Shown here piece after piece: positions 57,537 through 64,000 of a stretch of DNA of 64,000 bases (positions are counted from its first letter, which is position 1; every line of letters begins with the position of its first letter). Location: the NCBI GenBank assembly GCA_964396265.1, contig CAYNEM010000015.1:1182-65181 (forward strand), written 5' to 3'. A model generated the notes under the pieces. The model did no database searches. It saw nothing but the letters and a program-made list of their open reading frames with translations, and had not been told where the DNA came from. Both the position numbers and the translations under genes were made by a program. This stretch comes from an uncultured Methanomassiliicoccales archaeon. Its GTDB lineage: Archaea; Thermoplasmatota; Thermoplasmata; RBG-16-68-12; EA-27.

Positions 57537-59183
57537 ATGTCCCCATCTCGGAAGGCTCTCGGTCTGGCGGTTCTCGCGGTCGTCTTCGTCGCCGTTCTGT
57601 CCGGAGTCCCCTCGTCTCCGATTGGTCGCGCGGCAGCGGATGAGGGAATCACGGCCGACGTCGTGTACCGTTCGGTCTCGGGCCCCAACGGAACGAGCGC
57701 GCCCCTCCATCGCAGCGGCATCGCCTCGTGGACCTCGGAGGCGGAGCAGGCGGATGCAGGGAGCCCGATTCGCACGATCCGGAGCGCCTCGTCGCCCACC
57801 ACCGCCAACGAGCGGGTGTTCGTCACGCAGGGTGAGGACGGATGGCTCGACGCCTACGTGTGCACGACGACATGCGCGGTCTCGAGCGACGTCGGGGAGG
57901 TGTGGGCCATGGCTCCCGGCACGCTCCAGACACGGTTCGACGTCGCCTACGAACAGCGCAGCGGTCAGGCCATCCTCGTCTACGGCATCCTGTCCACCAG
58001 CGCGAGCCAGGACATCGCCTTCCGCACGTACAGCGGAGGCGCATGGAGCGCAGAGCAGTACCTGGACGACGCGGGTTACGCGACGGACCTCGAATATACT
58101 CTGATCCGCCTGGCAGCCAGAATGGGGAGCGACCAGATCGGGCTCCTTGCCGGCGAGTCCACGAACAACCAAGTGAACGCATGGATCTGGAACGGGAACG
58201 CCTTCGGGTCGAACACGGAGATCTCCGCGAGTGCGCAGACCCCGAACCGGGAACGCGGAGCGATCGCGTGGGAATCGGGCTCGGGGCATCTCCTCGCAAT
58301 GGCGGTGGATGCTAACACCCAGGACGAGATCGTCTGGAAGGAGTTCACGACGGACTGGAGCGCCGCGGCGAACCACATCTGCGGGGGCTCCGGGAACATC
58401 CTCCGATGGTTGTCCTTGAAAGCGAACCCGGTGTCGACGGCGAACGACATGGTCCTCGCTGCCGGTGACGACGGCTCTGACCTCGGCACGTGCTACTGGA
58501 CCGGGGACGCATGGGACGCCCGGGTCTCGCAGGACACGACGATGGATGCGACGGCGACGCGTTCGTTCGACTTCGCGTGGGAGTGTTCCGAAAACCGGGG
58601 GCTTCTCGCCTACGGCACGACCGGAGGGGCGATCACGTACAGGACGTTCGCCGCACCGGGCAACTGGAGCGGCGCGACGAATGCCGCCATGGGGTCCAAT
58701 GGCCACGCGTGGGTTCAACTTCGGACGAATCCCTCCTCGACCACCGGCTCCGCGCGGATCCTCGGAGCGGTCCTGGAAAGCTCCGCGAACTCCCTGGGCG
58801 CAATCTCTTGGAACGAGAGCGGGTTCACGGTGATCGGGGCGGATACCTTCACCTCGGATGTCGGGACGGGGGCGTACGAGTCCTTCGACCTCGCGTTCCG
58901 CACGGCGGGCACGCCCGGGACCGGGCCGGGTACCGACCCAGGTACCGACCCGGGTACCAACCTGCTCCTCTTCCTCCTGGATTTCAACAACCTCTTGATC
59001 ATCGTATTCGTCGGAGGCATGGCGGCGTTCTTGCTCGTGGCGCGGCGACTCCGGCGTAAGCCGGTTTCCTCACGGGGCGAACCGCCCTCCGCGCCTTGGA
59101 AGGACCCGCCTCAAGAGGGCATGGCGCAAGAGCCGCAGGCCCCGGAAGAAGTCGTGGAAGATGATGGGGTCGGCTACCACTAA
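57537..59183 (+). CDS. Membrane-anchored extracellular beta-repeat (propeller-like) protein
   Basis: Signal peptide; repeated FDVAYE/IAWE/FDFAWE blades; Pro/Gly/Thr linker; C-terminal TM followed by RRLRRK. Confidence 0.8.
   Translation: MSPSRKALGLAVLAVVFVAVLSGVPSSPIGRAAADEGITADVVYRSVSGPNGTSAPLHRSGIASWTSEAEQADAGSPIRTIRSASSPTTANERVFVTQGEDGWLDAYVCTTTCAVSSDVGEVWAMAPGTLQTRFDVAYEQRSGQAILVYGILSTSASQDIAFRTYSGGAWSAEQYLDDAGYATDLEYTLIRLAARMGSDQIGLLAGESTNNQVNAWIWNGNAFGSNTEISASAQTPNRERGAIAWESGSGHLLAMAVDANTQDEIVWKEFTTDWSAAANHICGGSGNILRWLSLKANPVSTANDMVLAAGDDGSDLGTCYWTGDAWDARVSQDTTMDATATRSFDFAWECSENRGLLAYGTTGGAITYRTFAAPGNWSGATNAAMGSNGHAWVQLRTNPSSTTGSARILGAVLESSANSLGAISWNESGFTVIGADTFTSDVGTGAYESFDLAFRTAGTPGTGPGTDPGTDPGTNLLLFLLDFNNLLIIVFVGGMAAFLLVARRLRRKPVSSRGEPPSAPWKDPPQEGMAQEPQAPEEVVEDDGVGYH
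58919..58958 (+). repeat. 12-bp tandem repeat encoding a PGTD linker
   Basis: ccgggtaccgac/ccaggtaccgac/ccgggtacc encodes GPGTDPGTDPGT. Confidence 0.7.
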
Positions 59184-59250
59184 GATCGTCGGGATGGTTC
59201 CGGGGAGCATCTTGCGCTGACGACCGATGCACGTCTTCGGGGCCTGGGAA

Positions 59251-59799
59251 CTATCGCAGCAACCCGGCGGCCTTCAATTCCTGCGTGATCCGCTCCACGG
59301 CCCTTTCCACGTCCGACGGCTTCCGCGCGCCCGTGCAGACGAGCTTTCCAGAGCCGAACAACAGGACGACGACCTTCGGCTCGTCGATCCGGTACACGAG
59401 CCCGGGGAACTGCTCCGGCTCGTACTCGACCTTCTCGAGGCCCAGGGAGATTGCGATCGCGTTCAGGTTGATCTCCGTGCCGAGGTCCGAGGAGGCGACG
59501 ATGTTCTGGACCTCGATCTCCGGGTTCTTCTTGATCGGGATGCCAGCGGCCTCGATCTGCTTCGCGACAGTGTCAATCGCGGTCTTCACATGCTCGAGGG
59601 ACTTCGCCCCCGTGCATACGACCTTCCCCGATCGGAACAGCAGGGTCGCCGTCTTCGGCTCTTTCAGGCGGTAAATCAGTCCGGGGAACTGTTCCGGCTC
59701 GTACTCCGCGCCACCCAACGCGAGCGCGATGGCCTGCAGGTCGAGTTCGCCGCCGAGGGATGTGGATGCGACCACGTTCTCTATCTTGATCTTGGCCAT
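59251..59799 (-). CDS. tbp: TATA-box binding protein
   Basis: Two repeats of [35 protein letters not shown]. Confidence 0.98.
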   Translation of the reverse strand: MAKIKIENVVASTSLGGELDLQAIALALGGAEYEPEQFPGLIYRLKEPKTATLLFRSGKVVCTGAKSLEHVKTAIDTVAKQIEAAGIPIKKNPEIEVQNIVASSDLGTEINLNAIAISLGLEKVEYEPEQFPGLVYRIDEPKVVVLLFGSGKLVCTGARKPSDVERAVERITQELKAAGLLR

Positions 59800-59862
59800 G
59801 TGGGTTGCCTCCCGCCCGAGAGGGAGCGAACGGAGTGCGCGACTCCCCCGAGGTGCGCGGGG

Positions 59863-59882
59863 ATTTAAAGGGGCCTTTAAAT
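59863..59882. promoter_or_regulatory. Palindromic double TATA box upstream of tbp
   Basis: ATTTAAAGG-gg-CCTTTAAAT, a perfect 9-bp inverted repeat. Confidence 0.65.
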
Positions 59883-59915
59883 ACCTTCCGTCGGGCGAGG
59901 AGAGGAAATCCTCCC

Positions 59916-60821
59916 TTAGGACGTGGTTCTTCCCACGCGGTCTAACCCGCGGACGAGCCCGTCAATCGTGCGGAGATACGGCAGGTCGAGCCCTGCGGTC
60001 GAGGCCGTCCGCACGAGTTCGCCGGTGATCGAATCGACCTCGGTCCGCCGGCCCCTCTCCACGTCCTGCAACATGCTAGATCGGTTGTCCGCGGTCTTGG
60101 CGGCGACGTCCAAGGTCCGGGCGACGAGGGCCTCGGCATCCAATCCTACGCCCGCGGCCCAGGCCGCGGCCACGGCTTCCCGCGCGACGAACCCGACCAT
60201 CGTCCGCAGGTCTGCGTGGGTCACGAGCACCCCGTTGGGCATCCGAAGGATTGCCGTGAGGGGGTTGATTGCGGCGTTCACGACGACCTTCGCCCAGAGC
60301 TCGCGACGCACGTCCGCGATCACGGATGTCGTGAGGCCTGCGGCGGTGAGCATGTCGGCGAGGCGCCTGGCGTCGTCCACGGTCGAGCCCCTCCACGGCC
60401 CGACGACGAGGTCGCCAACGCCCGCGTGAAGGATCTCCCCGGGCGTTACGAACGTGACGCCGTGGCTCGTCGTCCCCGCGAGGACGCGCTCCGCGTGCTC
60501 CGCGATCCGCTCCGCATTGCCGAGTCCGTTCTGCAGCGTGACGAACGTGCTCCGCCGCCAAAACTCGCGAAGCGCATCGACGGCGGTCTCGGTGTCGTAT
60601 GCCTTCGTCGTGACGAATACGATGTCGAAGTCGCCCGAGGGGACGTTCGTCGTTGCGGTCGGCCACGCGATGCGCTGCGTGTGGCCCGTGATGCGCAGAC
60701 CCTGGCGGTTCACCACGTCGACGTGCGGTCTCCTCCCTGTGATCGTGACGTCGTGGTCGCGCGCGAGGATTCCTCCAAGAAGACTTCCGATCGCTCCCGC
60801 GCCGAACACGAGAACGCGCAC
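59916..60821 (-). CDS. panE: 2-dehydropantoate 2-reductase
   Basis: [38 protein letters not shown]. Start at GTG 60821. Confidence 0.92.
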   Translation of the reverse strand: MRVLVFGAGAIGSLLGGILARDHDVTITGRRPHVDVVNRQGLRITGHTQRIAWPTATTNVPSGDFDIVFVTTKAYDTETAVDALREFWRRSTFVTLQNGLGNAERIAEHAERVLAGTTSHGVTFVTPGEILHAGVGDLVVGPWRGSTVDDARRLADMLTAAGLTTSVIADVRRELWAKVVVNAAINPLTAILRMPNGVLVTHADLRTMVGFVAREAVAAAWAAGVGLDAEALVARTLDVAAKTADNRSSMLQDVERGRRTEVDSITGELVRTASTAGLDLPYLRTIDGLVRGLDRVGRTTS

Positions 60822-60963
60822 CTCAACAGCATCCGCGTCGAGCGAATGAACCTTTTCCGCGGAGGTTTTCCTCGAGATCACACGCGCGCAGCGGAAATCG
60901 ACCGTGATTTCATGTGGAAATACCGATGAAGAAACGTTTAAGACGCGATTCATCATACGGTTA

Positions 60964-61017
60964 ATGCGGAGGAACCCCTTGGCAGCAAAGAAGAAGGGAA
61001 AGAAGAAGAAGCGCTAG
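60964..61017 (+). CDS. Lysine-rich micro-protein (MRRNPLAAKKKGKKKKR, or MAAKKKGKKKKR from TTG 60979)
   Basis: BRE/TATA gaaacgTTTAAG at about 60931-60942; GGAGG at 60968-60972, 6 nt before the TTG; all Lys codons are AAG; T-rich terminator-like tract at 61088-61120. Confidence 0.55.
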   Translation: MRRNPLAAKKKGKKKKR

Positions 61018-61050
61018 TCGCGCCTTCCCTTCGCTTCGGGCTTCCGCTCC

Positions 61051-61953
61051 TCAGGTAGGGAGCGAATCACGAACCCTCTTGGAATCCTTTTTTCTTTCTT
61101 CTTTTCTTCTTTTCTGTTCTGTCGCGAGCACGTGCGCGAGCCGTAGCGGTTCCGGATTTCGCATGACGGTCACACGCCGCACGATTCTCACGGCGGTCCG
61201 CAGAGACACACGATGACCGACGGAGACGAACAGGGGCCTCGCGGACGATGACGCGCGCAGCGCGTATCCGAGAATCTCGCCCTCGACCCGGACGGGGACG
61301 GACTCGCCGATGCCCGGTCGTCGCTGCATCGTCCCGGAGAGCGGGTTCTTGGCGACCCCGATCGTCCGCAGCCCGAGCCTGACGCCCACGAGGCACGCGA
61401 TCCCGCAGCGCGCCGGATGAAGACGACCGTGGCCGTCGACGAGGAGGACGGAGGGCCGCGTCTCGAGGCGGACGATGGCATCCCGAATGATGGGGAACTC
61501 GCGCTGCGATAGGTACGTCGGGATGTACGGGAAGTCGATCTCCCGTGTCGCCTCCGCCCGCTCGACCACGGCCAGGTCGGGATAACGAAGGACCACCGCC
61601 GTCGCAAACCCGCGATCCCCGTCATACGACACGTCGACGCCCGCAATCGTGTGCACGGCGCGGATGTCGTCGCACGACGAAATCTTGGCGGCGACCGCGA
61701 GCTGCGACGCGCGCAGCTTCTCGAGGGGGGCATCGCCCGCGAAGTCTGTGAAGATCCGAGCGCTCGCCACGGGTCCCCCGCTCCCTGAGACGACGCGGGA
61801 GGACCCGGGAACCTCCGGGTTGGCGTTCACGAAACGTGCCACCGCCATGCTCGCACGAACGTCCCCGAGGGCGCGCGCGATGTCCCCAAAACGCGCCATT
61901 CTCCCCTCGGGAATCTGGCGGAGGAGGCGCGCGACGTCCCGGCGGAAGTCCAT
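61051..61953 (-). CDS. nfi: Endonuclease V fused to an N-terminal Ogt/AGT-like DNA-binding domain
   Basis: N-terminal LRQIPEG..FGDIARALG..RAS.AV; EndoV motifs AGVDVSY, FPYIP, RE, VDGHG.LHP, GVAK, SVGH, PEPLR.AH. Confidence 0.9.
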   Translation of the reverse strand: MDFRRDVARLLRQIPEGRMARFGDIARALGDVRASMAVARFVNANPEVPGSSRVVSGSGGPVASARIFTDFAGDAPLEKLRASQLAVAAKISSCDDIRAVHTIAGVDVSYDGDRGFATAVVLRYPDLAVVERAEATREIDFPYIPTYLSQREFPIIRDAIVRLETRPSVLLVDGHGRLHPARCGIACLVGVRLGLRTIGVAKNPLSGTMQRRPGIGESVPVRVEGEILGYALRASSSARPLFVSVGHRVSLRTAVRIVRRVTVMRNPEPLRLAHVLATEQKRRKEERKKDSKRVRDSLPT

Positions 61954-62014
61954 GTCGCGCCTATCCACCGTTGTCTCCGATAATGTTATCCTTAGCCCTC
62001 CGTTCGACGCGGCC

Positions 62015-63301
62015 GTGCCGACCCTGCTGCTGCGAAACGCATGGATCGTCACGCAGAATGCGAAGCGCGAGGTGTTCCGTGGGGACGTACTCGCGGAGGA
62101 CGGAAGGATCGCGGCGGTCGGGGTGGTGCGAGGCGGCGCGGACGAGGAACGAGATTGCACGGACTGTCTCGTCGTTCCCGGCCTGATCAACGTCCACGGC
62201 CACGTCGCGAATTCCCTGTTGCGCGGTCTCGCGGACGACGTCCCCCTCCAGGCGATGCTCGAGAAGGCGTTCGCGGTCGACGCGAAGCTCACGCGGCGGG
62301 ACGTGCAGATCGGGGCGCTCCTAGGGATCTTGGAGATGCTCAAGTCGGGGACGACGTCGTTCGTCGACCTGTTCTACTGGGAGGACGAGGTCGCGCGGGC
62401 GGTCCGCGAGGCGGGCATCCGAGGGTTCCTCGCGTGGACGGTGCTCGACGCGGAGTTCACGACGCAGCGAGGCACGCCGGTCAAGAACGCGGAGCAGTTC
62501 GTGAAGAAGCACAAGGGCCACGGCCTCGTGAACCCCATGGTCGGCGTCATGGGCGTGTACGTGTGCTCCGAGGAGACATACCTCGCCGCCAAGGATGTCG
62601 CCGAGAGGGAGGATGTCCTCCTCCACGGGCACTTGTCCGAGACGCGGACCGAGGTGTACGAGCACGAGAAGAAGACGGGAACGCGGCCGGTCGAGTGGTT
62701 GGACAAGATCGGGTTCCTCGGCCCGCGGTTCTCCGCCGCGCATTGCGTGTGGGTCACGATCAACGAGGTTCGCACGCTCGCCCGTCGCGAGGTGGGTGTC
62801 GCCCACTGCCCGGTCAGCAACATGAAGCTCGCCTCCGGCGGGGTCGCGCCCGTCCCCGAGATGCAAACAGAAGGAGTAGCGGTCGGCCTCGGCACGGATT
62901 CCCCCCTGAGTAACATCGGGCTCGACATGTTCCAAGAGATGAGGATGGGGGCGCTCATGCACAAGGCGACGCGCTGGGACGCTTCCGTGATGCCCGCGCA
63001 GAAGATGCTCGACCTCGCGACGATCGACGCCGCCAAGGTGATCCACCGCGAGCGCGAGCTTGGCTCGATCGAGGTCGGGAAGCGCGCGGACCTGTGCGTG
63101 GTCGATCTTCGGCGACCGCATACGACGCCTTTTTATCCGGCGAACCTCATCTCCCAACTCGTCTACGGTTGCCGGGGAGGCGACGTCCGAGCGACGGTCG
63201 TGGACGGAGTCGTACGCGTTGCAGACGGTCGAGTTGTCGGAGTCGACGAGACCGAGGTCCTCTCTCGAGCCCAGGAGATCGCCGCTGAACTCTTCGGGTA
63301 A
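62015..63301 (+). CDS. MtaD/TrzA-family amidohydrolase (nucleoside deaminase-like)
   Basis: PGLINVHGH, HGHLSET, AHCV, HCPVSNMKLASG, LGTD, GKRAD. Confidence 0.88.
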   Translation: MPTLLLRNAWIVTQNAKREVFRGDVLAEDGRIAAVGVVRGGADEERDCTDCLVVPGLINVHGHVANSLLRGLADDVPLQAMLEKAFAVDAKLTRRDVQIGALLGILEMLKSGTTSFVDLFYWEDEVARAVREAGIRGFLAWTVLDAEFTTQRGTPVKNAEQFVKKHKGHGLVNPMVGVMGVYVCSEETYLAAKDVAEREDVLLHGHLSETRTEVYEHEKKTGTRPVEWLDKIGFLGPRFSAAHCVWVTINEVRTLARREVGVAHCPVSNMKLASGGVAPVPEMQTEGVAVGLGTDSPLSNIGLDMFQEMRMGALMHKATRWDASVMPAQKMLDLATIDAAKVIHRERELGSIEVGKRADLCVVDLRRPHTTPFYPANLISQLVYGCRGGDVRATVVDGVVRVADGRVVGVDETEVLSRAQEIAAELFG

Positions 63302-63305
63302 CCCC

Positions 63306-63962
63306 CTGATCTGCGGCGTCGACGAAGCGGGGCGCGGCCCCGTGCTCGGGCCTCTGGTGGTGTGCGGAGTGGCGGTGGAATCGGACGCCCCGCTGCGTCA
63401 TCTCAACGTCCGCGACTCGAAGAAGCTGTCCGCGGAGCGCCGCGAGGCCCTCGTCCCGGAGATCCAGAAAGTGTGCAAGTTCGCGCTCGTGGTCGTCCCC
63501 GCCGAGGAGATCGACGCGCGGCGCAGGGAGATGACGCTCAACGAGTTCGAGGCGAAGGTGTTCGCCGACATCATCGAGGAACTCCATCCTGGGGTCGCGT
63601 ACGTCGACAGCGCGGACGTGGACGAGCATGAGTTCAAGAAGGCGATCCTCCGGGACCTGCCGTTCGAGGTCGACATCGTCAGCAAGCACGGCGCGGACGA
63701 CCTGTTCCCCGTCGTCTCGGCGGCGAGCATCCTGGCGAAGGTGAGGCGAGACGAGGCGATCCGCCAGATCGAGTCGGAGCTCGGGCAGAAGATCGGCAGC
63801 GGGTATTCGCACGACCGGGAGACGATCGAGTTTCTCGAGGGGTGGATCCGCGAGAAGGGGACGTTGCCGCCGCACACCCGCGCCTCGTGGGACACCGCCA
63901 AGCGACTCCTGAGCGCGGCCAAGACGCGGAAGATCGACGAGTTCGTGGAGAGGGGACGATGA
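63306..63962 (+). CDS. rnhB: Ribonuclease HII
   Basis: ICGVDEAGRGPVLGP, DSKKL, VDS, VSAASILAKV.RD, GSGY, RASW. Start uncertain. Confidence 0.95.
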   Translation: MICGVDEAGRGPVLGPLVVCGVAVESDAPLRHLNVRDSKKLSAERREALVPEIQKVCKFALVVVPAEEIDARRREMTLNEFEAKVFADIIEELHPGVAYVDSADVDEHEFKKAILRDLPFEVDIVSKHGADDLFPVVSAASILAKVRRDEAIRQIESELGQKIGSGYSHDRETIEFLEGWIREKGTLPPHTRASWDTAKRLLSAAKTRKIDEFVERGR

Positions 63963-64000
63963 GAGAGCTGCTGGAGAAGGCGATCTCGAAATTCAACGAG
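63959..64000 (+). CDS. Start of the next gene (MRELLEKAISKFNE...), truncated by the window edge
   Basis: ATGA overlap with the rnhB stop; SD gagggg. Confidence 0.6.
   Translation, partial: MRELLEKAISKFNE

Overview
High-GC archaeal chromosomal window. TBP, ribosomal eS17, RNase P Rpp21, archaeal RNase HII and TATA/BRE promoters identify it as archaeal. The AGT-EndoV fusion and the PKD/CARDB surface proteins suggest Thermoplasmata (inference). It holds about 62 CDSs: a leuC/leuD/leuB-type operon split by an antisense retropepsin gene; a decayed HEPN(Ymh)+HNH nuclease cassette; a wHTH-TPR regulator divergent from secreted/surface protein genes, with a tandem palindromic operator; a 2-oxoacid dehydrogenase/lipoylation region (two E1-alpha genes, E1-beta, E2, E3, lipA, lipB) with fixXC/etfAB; a glycan-modification cluster (NTase-like, GT2+GT-C fusion, two methyltransferases, GT2); IS481-like remnants; vapBC; an NHEJ-like locus (full ligase, Ku, LigD ligase domain); an ABC exporter; and housekeeping genes. 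I recognised no tRNA, rRNA or CRISPR array. The most notable items outside the ORF track are a 12-17 aa lysine-rich micro-ORF enclosed in a long RBS-sequestering hairpin (60964-61047), a 1-nt frameshift removing the HNH catalytic end, paired IS-end scars flanking the etf/pdh block, and a palindromic double TATA box upstream of tbp. All family calls come from motif recognition by eye; no database search was run.
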